Below, in pieces: positions 1 to 9,057 of a stretch of 32,000 nucleotides of DNA. Location of the stretch: NCBI RefSeq assembly GCF_000341395.1, contig NC_020304.1, positions 450,001 to 482,000 of the forward strand, given 5' to 3'. The first letter of the stretch is position 1. The number at the start of each line of letters is the position of its first letter. The stretch comes from Desulfocapsa sulfexigens DSM 10523 (GTDB taxonomy: Bacteria; Desulfobacterota; Desulfobulbia; Desulfobulbales; Desulfocapsaceae). Both the position numbers and the translations under genes were made by a program. The notes beneath the pieces are model-generated. The model saw only the letters and a program-made list of their open reading frames with translations. It searched no databases and was not told where the DNA came from.

Positions 1-356
1 CCGCCGGCCCTACAACCTCCACCCGCATGGACAAATACAGTGACATGATGCTGAAAGAAACCGGCCTTATCGGCATGATAGGAAAATCGGAACGAGGTGA
101 TGCAACCATCGAATCCATTCGCCAACACGGCGCTGTATACCTTATGGCTGTTGGAGGAGCTGCCTATCTTGTATCAAAGGCAATCAAGAAAGCACGAGTG
201 GTGGCCTTCGAAGATCTCGGCATGGAGGCAATCTATGAATTTGAGGTTGAAGATATGCCTGTAACGGTAGCCGTCGACAGCCGGGGCGAGTCAGTCCACA
301 AGACAGGTCCTGCTCTCTGGAGCCAGAAGATCCGCGATTATCGGAGTCACAAATAG
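1..356 (+). CDS. Fe-S hydro-lyase beta subunit / class I fumarate hydratase C-terminal domain (5-prime end cut by window edge)
   Basis: The frame is open from base 3 (AGPTTSTRMDKY...), so the ATG at 27 is internal. GPTTS-RMD, IGKSERG and AVYLMAVGGAAYL match the conserved core of FumA/TtdB-type beta domains. Stop at 354-356. Confidence 0.8.
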   Translation, partial: AGPTTSTRMDKYSDMMLKETGLIGMIGKSERGDATIESIRQHGAVYLMAVGGAAYLVSKAIKKARVVAFEDLGMEAIYEFEVEDMPVTVAVDSRGESVHKTGPALWSQKIRDYRSHK

Positions 357-423
357 GTTCTCGTTGTCCCTGACAGAGACCCGTTAACACTCTCCACTTC
401 TTCCACCGCGGGGCCCTAATACT

Positions 424-1641
424 ATGACAAAACTTTCCCGAAAATTAAACAACGCCCTTGAAATCACCGCAGGATGCACAGAACCGGCAGCTATCGCCTT
501 CTGTGCCAGCTTTGTAGGAAAATACCTGGACGACATCCCTCAAGAGATACTCTTACGTATTGATCAGCGTACTTACAAAAATGCCTTCGGAGCCGGAATT
601 CCACGAGCAGGTGACAAACGTGGCAGTGAATGGGCCCTGCTCTTTGGCTTTGTCATGGCCTGCCCGGAAAAACGGCTTTCGATCTTTTCTGGATTGGAGA
701 AAGATGCCATCACCCGGGCACAAGCTCTGCATGACCGCGATATTCTCAAAGTTGAACTGGTTGAAACGGAAACTCTGCTGATCGCTGTCTCGGCACGAGG
801 AGCCACAAACCATGTTGAAGCACGTATAGAAGGCGGGCACACCAAGGTGACGGCTGTCACTTTAAACAACAGAACTATTGATATAGCAGAGGAAAAAGAA
901 AAAGAGGCAGCAGCAGCTTCTCTTCCCTATGAGGATGCGATATATGAAGCTCTGAACTGGCCGGAACTCATTGAAGAGTGCTACAAAGACCAGACCCTGC
1001 AAACCACGGTTCGCCAGGGAATTGCCTATAATATGGCAGCAGCCCTACACGGCCAGAAATATGTTAAAAGTGGCCATGGTGCAGATTCCCTCGTAATGGG
1101 AGCCATCTACTCAAGAATGAACGGCGACCCTATTCCCATTATGAGCTGTGCAGGGTCCGGTAACAAGGGACTGACCTGTATGGTCCCCGTGGTGTGTTAC
1201 AGCAGGGATCTTGACCTTGGAGAAGAACTGGAAATTAAGGGTGTACTCGTTGCAGTATTACTGACCAGCCTCATCACCTCACGTTTTGGTGAAGTTTCTT
1301 CGGTCTGTGGAGCCCAGTATGCTGCAGGTGCCGGTGTTATCGGGGGCATCCTGTATTTAAAAAACAAACTGGAGCTCTTTGACGGCGCCTACAACAACTT
1401 TATATCAGCCATTGGCGGAGGATTCTGCGACGGTGCCAAGGGAAGCTGCTCCATGCGGGGCAATGTTGCTGTAAGTACTGCCCTCACCGCCATCAATCAT
1501 GCAGAAAACGGATTTCTGGTTTCCGGACGGGACGGTTTTCTTGGCACGACCTTCCATGAAACTCTGGATCATCTTACCCAGTACAATCCACTTATTGCAA
1601 AATTTGAGCGTGAAACCATTGATATTTTACGTAATAAATGA
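424..1641 (+). CDS. L-cysteine desulfidase family protein (UPF0597 / YhaM-CdsB-like)
   Basis: 405-aa ORF. It carries the N-terminal TAGCTEPAAIAF motif, MSCAGSGNKGLTCMVP, and the C-terminal FCDGAKGSCSMRG motif typical of the YhaM/serine-dehydratase-alpha-like family. Confidence 0.8.
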   Translation: MTKLSRKLNNALEITAGCTEPAAIAFCASFVGKYLDDIPQEILLRIDQRTYKNAFGAGIPRAGDKRGSEWALLFGFVMACPEKRLSIFSGLEKDAITRAQALHDRDILKVELVETETLLIAVSARGATNHVEARIEGGHTKVTAVTLNNRTIDIAEEKEKEAAAASLPYEDAIYEALNWPELIEECYKDQTLQTTVRQGIAYNMAAALHGQKYVKSGHGADSLVMGAIYSRMNGDPIPIMSCAGSGNKGLTCMVPVVCYSRDLDLGEELEIKGVLVAVLLTSLITSRFGEVSSVCGAQYAAGAGVIGGILYLKNKLELFDGAYNNFISAIGGGFCDGAKGSCSMRGNVAVSTALTAINHAENGFLVSGRDGFLGTTFHETLDHLTQYNPLIAKFERETIDILRNK

Positions 1642-2913
1642 GTCTTTTCTACTCCGGCGTATAATCCCGTTCATCCGCCCCTGAGTCAGAGGCGGTTCTG
1701 TATGAAGAAACAAGCGGTTACCGGGGTTAGCACGACTTATCACCTCCCCCTTTTCGGTCTCCATACGGACAACGGTTAAGGGAATACAGCTAATCCCGGG
1801 AAGCATATACTCCACCTGATTCCCCGTTTCCAGGACATTCCTCGCTTCAACCAGTGGTGCCTCACCCTCTCCTCTGATCACGGCCACTGGCTCAACTTCC
1901 ATCTGAACCCGGGGACTGGTATAGAGCATCTCAGAACTCCCTGGCACATGTCTGAAAAAATTTTCACTGGTACCACGGGTTCCGGTTTTGGCAATCTCTT
2001 CGAACACAATCGATGGCAACCTGATCTCCGACGGATTATCCCAGGCCTCGGGTGGCAAGTCCCGCAGATAATCGAGTGCTGCCCGATAAATGCGGGTCAC
2101 TCCACCTACATAAAAAATTGACTTCATCCGTCCTTCAATTTTTAATGAATTTGCACCACTGGCCACCAGTTCCGGCAAGCCTTCCAGGAGACAGAGATCT
2201 TTCGAATTAAAGATATATGTTCCCCGCTCATCCTCTTCTACAGGAAAATATTCACCAGGCCGCTTCTCTTCAATCAGCTTGTAGCTATAGCGACAGGGAT
2301 GGGCACAGGCTCCCTGATTAGCATCTCTTCCTGTCATGTAGTTGGAGAGCATACAGCGTCCCGAATAGGAGATACAGAGGGCTCCATGGACAAAAATTTC
2401 CAGTTCTCCCTGTGTCTGCTGCCGAACCTCGCGGATTTCCTTCAGGGACAACTCACGCGCAAGATTGAGGCGGCTGACCCCCTGTTCAAACCAGAACTCA
2501 GCAGCCTCCGCATTGGTCACATTGGCCTGGGTGGACAGGTGTACAGGAATTTCCGGCACGCATTCTCGGGCTCGTCGCAGGATACCGGGATCGGCAATAA
2601 TCAAACCGTCCACTCCGGCTTTTCTCAGCCCAGACAGGTAATTATCCAGTTCTGTAAAATCACGGTTATGAGCCAGAATATTGATGGTCACATATATCTT
2701 CACATCGTGAGCATGAGCGTACTGCACAGCCTCTGCCATTTTTTCATCACTGAAATTCCCAGCCTTTGCCCGGAGACTGAACTGCTTTCCACCCATATAC
2801 ACGGCATCGGCACCATAGTGAATTGCAGTAACCATCTTCTCAAAGTTTCCTGCCGGAGCAAGGAGTTCGGGGATGACTGGAATACCAGCTTTGTTGCTTT
2901 CTTTTTTATCCAT
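1627..2913 (-). CDS. Peptidase U32 family protein (YegQ/TrhP-like, probable Fe-S RNA-hydroxylation enzyme)
   Basis: 428 aa. PELLAPAGN..AVYMGG, IADPG, HLSTQAN and HGALCISYSGRCMLS...GACAHPCRY give a four-Cys pattern. SLKIEGRMKS and a U32 C-terminal beta-barrel-like tail are also present. Colinear by eye with E. coli YegQ. Confidence 0.85.
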   Translation of the reverse strand: MDKKESNKAGIPVIPELLAPAGNFEKMVTAIHYGADAVYMGGKQFSLRAKAGNFSDEKMAEAVQYAHAHDVKIYVTINILAHNRDFTELDNYLSGLRKAGVDGLIIADPGILRRARECVPEIPVHLSTQANVTNAEAAEFWFEQGVSRLNLARELSLKEIREVRQQTQGELEIFVHGALCISYSGRCMLSNYMTGRDANQGACAHPCRYSYKLIEEKRPGEYFPVEEDERGTYIFNSKDLCLLEGLPELVASGANSLKIEGRMKSIFYVGGVTRIYRAALDYLRDLPPEAWDNPSEIRLPSIVFEEIAKTGTRGTSENFFRHVPGSSEMLYTSPRVQMEVEPVAVIRGEGEAPLVEARNVLETGNQVEYMLPGISCIPLTVVRMETEKGEVISRANPGNRLFLHTEPPLTQGRMNGIIRRSRKDSFIT

Positions 2914-2996
2914 TGTACGCTACTATTAAAAGTTATAATTTCTTATCCAGGATAAACATTCCATACTGTACACCGCATGTGAAATCAAGAGATCAA

Positions 2997-4031
2997 GTGA
3001 GAAAAACAAAAGTTGGTATGGCCATGAGCGGAGGAGTAGACTCCACTGCATGCGCATTGCTTTTGCGAAAACAATATGACGTTCACGGGTTTTTCATGCA
3101 GCTTGCCCAACCGGATATCAACCAGCAGTTGGTGCGAGTTAAAGATATTGCTGCACGATGCAAAATCCCTCTTACAGTGATAGACTTGAGCGCTCGTTTT
3201 GAGGAGAAAGTTCTCAGCTATTTTACAAATACCTATCTTGACGGGCGTACCCCAAACCCCTGTATGGTCTGTAACCCAAAAATAAAATTTGGCCTGTTTA
3301 TGGATGCCATGCTGGAACATGGAATGGAGGAGATTGCCACCGGCCATTACGCAAGCATTGTGGAAGAAGACGGCTGTTTTTTTCTGCAACAGGGCGAGGA
3401 TACAATCAAGGACCAGACCTATTTTCTTGCCAGATTAGGTCAAAAGCAGCTGGCACGGGTGAAATTCCCACTGGGAGCTATGACAAAATCTGCCGTTTAT
3501 GACCTTGTCGAAGAACATGGATTCACCGATTTCAGAGGTCGGGAAAGCCAGGATGTCTGTTTTCTACAAAATGAATCCGTTGGTCACTTTCTAACAACCC
3601 GAAGTCCGGAATCTGCAAGGGATGGCGATATCGTACATATTAATGGTCATGTTCTGGGACGGCATAATGGCATCATCAACTACACAGTTGGACAACGTCG
3701 TGGTTTAGGGATTGCCGCACCATCTCCCCTCTATGTCCTGAAAATTGACGCCTCTGCCAACCGTGTTATTGTGGGTGACAATGACGACCTCTATCAAGAC
3801 TCTATTGAAATACAGGATGTTTCATGGAACTGCGGCAAGCCCCCGAAATCGGATCACGACTACCTGGTCCGCATCCGCTATGGCCATGAAGGTCAACCGG
3901 CAAAGATAAAACAGATATCGGAGGATCATTACCACATTAGCTTCACAGAGCGGCAACGGGCTGTTACACCCGGTCAATTCGCAGTTATCTACGAGGGCGA
4001 TCGGCTTATTGGAAGTGGTGAAATCCAATGA
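2997..4031 (+). CDS. mnmA: tRNA-specific 2-thiouridylase MnmA
   Basis: PP-loop GMAMSGGVDSTACALLL, plus NPCMVCN, ATGHYA and DQTYFL motifs. The ORF-track start at 2913 adds about 28 non-conserved residues and abuts the divergent U32 start. GTG at 2997 (VRKTKVGMAMSGG) or ATG at 3018 is more plausible. Confidence 0.9.
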   Translation: MRKTKVGMAMSGGVDSTACALLLRKQYDVHGFFMQLAQPDINQQLVRVKDIAARCKIPLTVIDLSARFEEKVLSYFTNTYLDGRTPNPCMVCNPKIKFGLFMDAMLEHGMEEIATGHYASIVEEDGCFFLQQGEDTIKDQTYFLARLGQKQLARVKFPLGAMTKSAVYDLVEEHGFTDFRGRESQDVCFLQNESVGHFLTTRSPESARDGDIVHINGHVLGRHNGIINYTVGQRRGLGIAAPSPLYVLKIDASANRVIVGDNDDLYQDSIEIQDVSWNCGKPPKSDHDYLVRIRYGHEGQPAKIKQISEDHYHISFTERQRAVTPGQFAVIYEGDRLIGSGEIQ

Positions 4032-5341
4032 AGAAAAAAATTATTATCAATACACTGGGCTGCAAGGTCAACCAGTTCGAATCCGCATCCTTCCTCTGTG
4101 GTTTTGAGGAATCTGGATGCAGGAAAGCCCTGGCCGGCGAGGACGCCGATATCGTGGTCATCAACACCTGTGCGGTCACCGCAAAAGCCGGTGCCCAATC
4201 CCGCCAGACCGTGCGCAGACTTATGCGCCGCCACCCCAAGGCAAAGGTAGTCATAACAGGGTGTTATGCCCAGATGGCTGCCAATGAACTTGCTGAAATA
4301 GTAGAAACACCGGTCTGTATTGTTGGCAATGGCAACAAACATCTCCTCGTTGAAGTAGCCCTGAAGGAAACACCCTGCGATCTCACCATGCTTATGGGAA
4401 GGATTCTGAGCAAAAAAGAGATCTGCAGCCTTCCCATGAAACGTTTCGGTGACCGAACCCGCGCCTATCTCCGTGTTCAGGATGGCTGCACAAATTTCTG
4501 CACCTACTGCATTGTCCCCTATACCCGTGGCCCAAGCCGTAGCCTGCCTCTGATTGAGGTTCTTGAACAGACGGCCCGTTTTGAAGTGGCTGGCCACAGA
4601 GAAATCGTTGTCACCGGAATCCATGTGGGCATGTATGGAAAAGATCTTGAAGAACAGTCTGATATCACAGATCTGATGCGAACCGCCTGTAACGCACATC
4701 CTGATATTCGTTTCAGACTCAGCTCCATTGAGCCACAGGAAATCACCGATGAACTCCTCGATGCCATGCACTCCTGTAGCAACTTCATGCCCCATTTCCA
4801 CATCCCTCTGCAGAGTGGTGACGACACCATTCTCAAACGTATGCACCGGGGTTATGATAGGGAAACATTCCGAAAAATCATTCAGAAATGCAAGACTACT
4901 TTTCCCGATGCTGCTATTGGTATCGATATCCTGACTGGATTCCCTGGAGAAGGAGAACAGGAGTTTGACAACAGCAGAAAACTCCTTGAAGAAATTGACG
5001 GTACCTATTTCCACGTCTTCCCCTACTCCAAACGCCCTGGCACCCCTGCGGCAACCTTTAAAAACCAGGTACCAAAAGAAGTAAGTCAACAACGGGTTGC
5101 GCAACTGCGCAAACTTGCCGATGCTAAAAAGGAGGCATTTTACACCCGTTTTCTTGGAACAGAACGGCCCGTACTGGTAGAGCATAAGCGCACGAGAGAC
5201 AACCTGCTCACAGGATTTACTGACAATTACATTCCTGTGGTTTTTTCAGGGGATGATATTTTGATGGGGACTGTCATTTCTGTTCACCTTGAAAAAATTG
5301 GCGACAATGGCGCTGTTGTCGGGAAACAGGCAGGAAAATAG
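4028..5341 (+). CDS. mtaB: tRNA t6A37 methylthiotransferase MtaB (radical SAM MTTase)
   Basis: N-terminal MTTase motif TLGCKVNQFES, radical-SAM CxxxCxxC (CTNFCTYC), and a C-terminal TRAM-like segment. The start ATG overlaps the mnmA stop (ATGA at 4028-4031). Confidence 0.85.
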   Translation: MKKKIIINTLGCKVNQFESASFLCGFEESGCRKALAGEDADIVVINTCAVTAKAGAQSRQTVRRLMRRHPKAKVVITGCYAQMAANELAEIVETPVCIVGNGNKHLLVEVALKETPCDLTMLMGRILSKKEICSLPMKRFGDRTRAYLRVQDGCTNFCTYCIVPYTRGPSRSLPLIEVLEQTARFEVAGHREIVVTGIHVGMYGKDLEEQSDITDLMRTACNAHPDIRFRLSSIEPQEITDELLDAMHSCSNFMPHFHIPLQSGDDTILKRMHRGYDRETFRKIIQKCKTTFPDAAIGIDILTGFPGEGEQEFDNSRKLLEEIDGTYFHVFPYSKRPGTPAATFKNQVPKEVSQQRVAQLRKLADAKKEAFYTRFLGTERPVLVEHKRTRDNLLTGFTDNYIPVVFSGDDILMGTVISVHLEKIGDNGAVVGKQAGK

Positions 5342-5344
5342 AAA

Positions 5345-6586
5345 ATGCTTGGAGAAATCATCGCCATCGGCAACGAGCTCACCTCGGGAAGGATCCCCAA
5401 CACCACCAGTGGTTTTGCCGCTCACCATCTTTTCAAGGCAGGATTTGACATCTATGCCATGCACACCATCGGTGACACTCCTAAGCTCATTGGTGAGGCC
5501 TTGAAACGAGCCTTGGGACGGGTAGATTTTGTACTCGTGACCGGTGGCCTTGGCACCACGGATGACGACCTCACTACGGTTGCCGTCTCTGAAGCGCTGA
5601 ACCGGCCAACCATGCCAAATCTTGAGATCCTCTCTCTCATCAGAAAACATCTGGATGCAAACACCGGTCAGCCGGTGAGTTCTCTTGAAAAACTTGCCTG
5701 GCTCCCCGAGGGAGCTGAGGCCTTAAATGCACAGTCGAAAATGTCAGGGTTCCAGCTCATTCATGACGGTAAGCCAATTTTTTTCCTTCCCGGCATCCCC
5801 CATCAAATGCGCACCCTTCTAGTAGAACAGGTACTACCCAGGCTTGCCACATGGTATAAGGGAAGCCGCCTCAACAGCGTACAGCAGGTCTTTAAAATCT
5901 TCGGCATCCAGGAAAGTGACATCAACAGCGCGGTGGAAGCACTTCCCCTGGATAAGGATGTGGAGATCGGTTACTACCCTGTATTCCCAGAGGTTCATCT
6001 CAGTATGACCATTCGCGGTAACAACAAAACAAAGACGGAGCAACTTGCCAAAGAGACATCCCGCCTCCTTAAACAGACACTGGGCTCAGCTCTCTATGGC
6101 CGGGATCAGGACACCCTGCAATCTGTGGTTGGAGAATTGTTACAGAAGAGGAACAAAAAACTCTCCGTTGCAGAATCATGCACGGGGGGACTTATCAGCT
6201 ATCTTGTGACCTCAATCGCAGGAAGCTCTGCCTATTATCTTGGTGGGGTAACTTCCTATGCAGACTCGATGAAAACGACCTATCTGGACGTGGACGAGAG
6301 CACACTGAAAACCTACGGGGCGGTGAGCAAAGAAGTTGCAACGGCGATGGTTGAGGGAATGCGCAAACAAAGCAGTGCAGATATCTCCCTTTCCGTAACC
6401 GGAATTGCTGGACCGGATGGAGGCAGTGTAGAGAAACCCGTTGGCACCGTTTTCATAGGAATCGCCGACCAGGAAGACACCCGGGTAGAGCGTTTTCTTT
6501 TTACCGGGAACAGATACGAGATCCAGCAATTAACAGCACAGACAGCACTTGATATTGTCAGACGTTCTCTGTTAGAAACAGAGTAA
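5345..6586 (+). CDS. cinA: CinA family protein (MoCF-like N domain + nicotinamide-nucleotide amidase PncC-like C domain)
   Basis: N domain: [29 protein letters not shown] domain: [33 protein letters not shown]. It lies 3 nt after mtaB and shows classic cinA-recA synteny. Confidence 0.9.
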   Translation: MLGEIIAIGNELTSGRIPNTTSGFAAHHLFKAGFDIYAMHTIGDTPKLIGEALKRALGRVDFVLVTGGLGTTDDDLTTVAVSEALNRPTMPNLEILSLIRKHLDANTGQPVSSLEKLAWLPEGAEALNAQSKMSGFQLIHDGKPIFFLPGIPHQMRTLLVEQVLPRLATWYKGSRLNSVQQVFKIFGIQESDINSAVEALPLDKDVEIGYYPVFPEVHLSMTIRGNNKTKTEQLAKETSRLLKQTLGSALYGRDQDTLQSVVGELLQKRNKKLSVAESCTGGLISYLVTSIAGSSAYYLGGVTSYADSMKTTYLDVDESTLKTYGAVSKEVATAMVEGMRKQSSADISLSVTGIAGPDGGSVEKPVGTVFIGIADQEDTRVERFLFTGNRYEIQQLTAQTALDIVRRSLLETE

Positions 6587-6621
6587 TCAATCAACAGAAT
6601 ATAATTCACAAGAGGTTCAAT

Positions 6622-7662
6622 ATGGCAACAGCAAAAGATAAAGAGGGTAGCGTAGACAACGCAATCAGCCAGATTCAACGCCAATTCGGCAAAGGCTCCA
6701 TCATGCGCCTTGGCGGGGCAACAGTTGAAAAGATCCCTGTGGTCTCAACAGGTTCCCTGAGCCTTGATATTGCACTCGGAGTAGGTGGTTTCCCCAAGGG
6801 GAGAATCGCTGAAATCTACGGCCCGGAATCTTCCGGTAAAACTACCCTTGCACTTCATGCTGTTGCAGAGGCTCAGAAAAAGGGCGGGACAGCTGCTTTT
6901 ATAGATGCAGAGCATGCACTCGACACGGCATATGCCCAGCGCCTTGGCGTTGATGTTGACAATCTTCTCGTCTCCCAACCGGACTTTGGTGAACAGGCTC
7001 TTGATATTGCAGAGATTCTTATTCGATCGGGCGGCGTGGATATTATTGTTATCGACTCCGTGGCTGCCCTGGTTCCCAAGGCGGAGATTGATGGGAATGT
7101 CGGTGATTCCCATATGGGCCTGCAGGCGCGTCTGATGTCACAGGCCATGCGTAAATTCACCGGTGTCCTGAGTCGGAGCAACACCATCCTTATCTTTATC
7201 AACCAGATCAGGATGAAAATCGGAGTGATGTTCGGGAACCCGGAGACCACTACGGGCGGAAACGCTCTTAAATTCTACTCCTCACTACGCCTCGATATAC
7301 GAAGAATCGGTTCCCTGAAAGACGGTCAGGAAGTCATTGGAAACCGCACCAAAGTGAAGGTGGTAAAAAACAAAGTTGCACCCCCGTTTCAGATAGCAGA
7401 ATTTGACATTATCTACGGGGAAGGCATCTCCAAGGAAGGTGACCTGCTTGATCTTGCCGTAGAGCAGGAAATCATAGACAAGAGTGGCTCCTGGTATTCG
7501 TATCAGGACGAACGCATTGGCCAGGGACGGGAAAACGCCAAGCGATTCCTTCAGGATCATCCGGAAATGTTTACCGACATCGACCAGAAAGTCCGAATGG
7601 GATTCGGGCTGCTTGCCCCCGCTGGAGCAGATGCAAAGAAAGCAACGGACGAAACTGAATAG
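6622..7662 (+). CDS. recA: Recombinase RecA
   Basis: [15 protein letters not shown], Walker [23 protein letters not shown] and [28 protein letters not shown]. An AGAGG RBS sits upstream of the ATG. Confidence 0.98.
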   Translation: MATAKDKEGSVDNAISQIQRQFGKGSIMRLGGATVEKIPVVSTGSLSLDIALGVGGFPKGRIAEIYGPESSGKTTLALHAVAEAQKKGGTAAFIDAEHALDTAYAQRLGVDVDNLLVSQPDFGEQALDIAEILIRSGGVDIIVIDSVAALVPKAEIDGNVGDSHMGLQARLMSQAMRKFTGVLSRSNTILIFINQIRMKIGVMFGNPETTTGGNALKFYSSLRLDIRRIGSLKDGQEVIGNRTKVKVVKNKVAPPFQIAEFDIIYGEGISKEGDLLDLAVEQEIIDKSGSWYSYQDERIGQGRENAKRFLQDHPEMFTDIDQKVRMGFGLLAPAGADAKKATDETE

Positions 7663-7673
7663 AAAAATATAGA

Positions 7674-7703
7674 TATTACTCCCGCAGCCCAGCGGGAGTA
7701 ATA
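7674..7703. terminator. Bidirectional stem-loop between convergent recA and the CN-hydrolase/RfaE-II gene
   Basis: Perfect 12-bp stem TATTACTCCCGC / GCGGGAGTAATA with a 6-nt loop AGCCCA. Read on the minus strand it is followed by TCTATATTTTT (T-rich). On the plus strand there is no U-tract. Confidence 0.6.
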
Positions 7704-7746
7704 CTCAACGACGGAAAGAAGTCCGCCTTGTTGCCATAGCAATCCG

Positions 7747-9042
7747 TCAGCTTGCCCTGATCTGATCAATTACCGCCGTTGTTGATGTCTGACTGGCAAA
7801 GCTGATCCGCTCCACTCTGCCACCTCCTGCCTTTACCTCAGCCCCCCCGACAATATCATCCTCCTCCCAGTCTGCCCCTTTTACCAGAACATCTGGGCGG
7901 ATTGTGGTTATCAGATGGAGGGGAGTATCTTCTCCAAAAAGAACAACGCCATCCACACAACCAAGTGCGGCAAGAACTCTCGCCCGATTCTGCTCATTGT
8001 TGATTGGCCTGGCAGGTCCCTTGATAGAACGAATGGACGCATCATTATTCAAGCCAACTATGAGAAAGTCTCCCTGGCACCTGGCCTTCTGCAGATACTC
8101 CACATGCCCCGCATGAATGATATCAAAGCAGCCATTGGTAAAAACAATTTTCTGCCCTGCTTTCCGGCGTCTGGTTACATTTTCGGTAATTGTCTCCAGG
8201 CTGAGGATTTTATCACTATCTTCAAACGCCCAGGGAGAAGGTGCAACACTGTTAAAACGCTCCCGCAGTTCCTTCTGCACTTCCCGATTAAAGGGAACCG
8301 AACACGCCCCCTCAGTGTCACCTGCTTCAGTGATAATCTCACCGTCGGGTGCCACAATCATGGAATGGCCACCCATGCGCATCCCTTCCCAGTCACCACA
8401 GCAATTCGCCGCAACCACGAAGGCCTGATTTTCAATGGCACGAGCCTGAAGCAACACCCGCCATTGAGCAATTCTCGCCCGAGGCCACTCTGCAGACATC
8501 ACCAGAATCCCTGCTCCCTGACGGCATTGAAACCTTGCCGCTTCGGGGAAACGAAGATCATAACAGACCAGCCCACCCAACAGATCACCTCCGGGAAGCG
8601 CTATGGGCGATGGACTCTTCCCGGCCTGAAACCAGAGATCCTCCTTCCAGAAAGAAAACAGATTCTGCTTGGCAATTCCACGAGCACCTGCTTTCCCGAT
8701 ACCTGAAAAAAACAGAGTGTTGTACAGAGAATGTTCTTTGTTTTTCCCCTCTGTCAGTTTTTGGGGAAGAGATCCTGCGAGGATAATAGCGAAGGAAGAG
8801 GCGAGTTCCTCCAATTCCACAAGAAGTTCAGGGATCTCATCGGCAAGTGTAGCCAACTGCTCGTAGACAAAACCGGTGGCCCACATCTCTGGAAGAACAA
8901 TAAGGCTTCCCGGAGCCGGAGCTAATTCAGCCAGCCCAGATCGTACCTGTTCAAGATTTTTTTGAATGTCACCTGCAACAATCTCAAACTGGAGAAAACC
9001 GAGTTGGGAAAGTACTGTATCGGACACGACTACACTCTTCAT
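7747..9042 (-). CDS. Fusion protein: carbon-nitrogen hydrolase (nitrilase superfamily) N domain + D-glycero-beta-D-manno-heptose-1-phosphate adenylyltransferase (RfaE domain II) C domain
   Basis: The N-terminal ~270 aa carry the CN-hydrolase triad context: LPEMW (Glu), IAKQNLF (Lys), LVCYDLRFPE (Cys). The C-terminal ~150 aa read IVFTNGCFDIIHAGHVEYL...LIVGLNNDASIRSIKGPARPIN...RPDVLVKGADW, colinear with E. coli HldE domain II. It is a single uninterrupted 431-aa ORF. Confidence 0.85.
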   Translation of the reverse strand: MKSVVVSDTVLSQLGFLQFEIVAGDIQKNLEQVRSGLAELAPAPGSLIVLPEMWATGFVYEQLATLADEIPELLVELEELASSFAIILAGSLPQKLTEGKNKEHSLYNTLFFSGIGKAGARGIAKQNLFSFWKEDLWFQAGKSPSPIALPGGDLLGGLVCYDLRFPEAARFQCRQGAGILVMSAEWPRARIAQWRVLLQARAIENQAFVVAANCCGDWEGMRMGGHSMIVAPDGEIITEAGDTEGACSVPFNREVQKELRERFNSVAPSPWAFEDSDKILSLETITENVTRRRKAGQKIVFTNGCFDIIHAGHVEYLQKARCQGDFLIVGLNNDASIRSIKGPARPINNEQNRARVLAALGCVDGVVLFGEDTPLHLITTIRPDVLVKGADWEEDDIVGGAEVKAGGGRVERISFASQTSTTAVIDQIRAS

Positions 9043-9057
9043 TGTAAAGATTATCGA

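Noticed and set aside
2913-2996. 28-residue N-terminal extension of mnmA starting at 2913.
   Set aside because: It would leave no promoter space with the divergent U32 gene, which starts at the same base. The residues are not MnmA-like, and MnmA proteins normally begin a few residues before the SGGxDS PP-loop.
4074-4084. AGTTCGAATCC, resembling a tRNA T-loop (GGTTCGAATCC).
   Set aside because: It lies inside the conserved mtaB motif (NQFES), and no acceptor, D or anticodon stems can be drawn around it.
3989-5185. 398-aa ORF on the minus strand, antisense to mtaB.
   Set aside because: Its codons are exactly in register with the mtaB codons (5183-4028 is a multiple of 3), so its stops could only arise from sense TTA, CTA or TCA codons. 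Reading mtaB shows none of these in that span. It is a codon-bias shadow ORF. The translation has no recognisable motifs, whereas mtaB carries strong family motifs.
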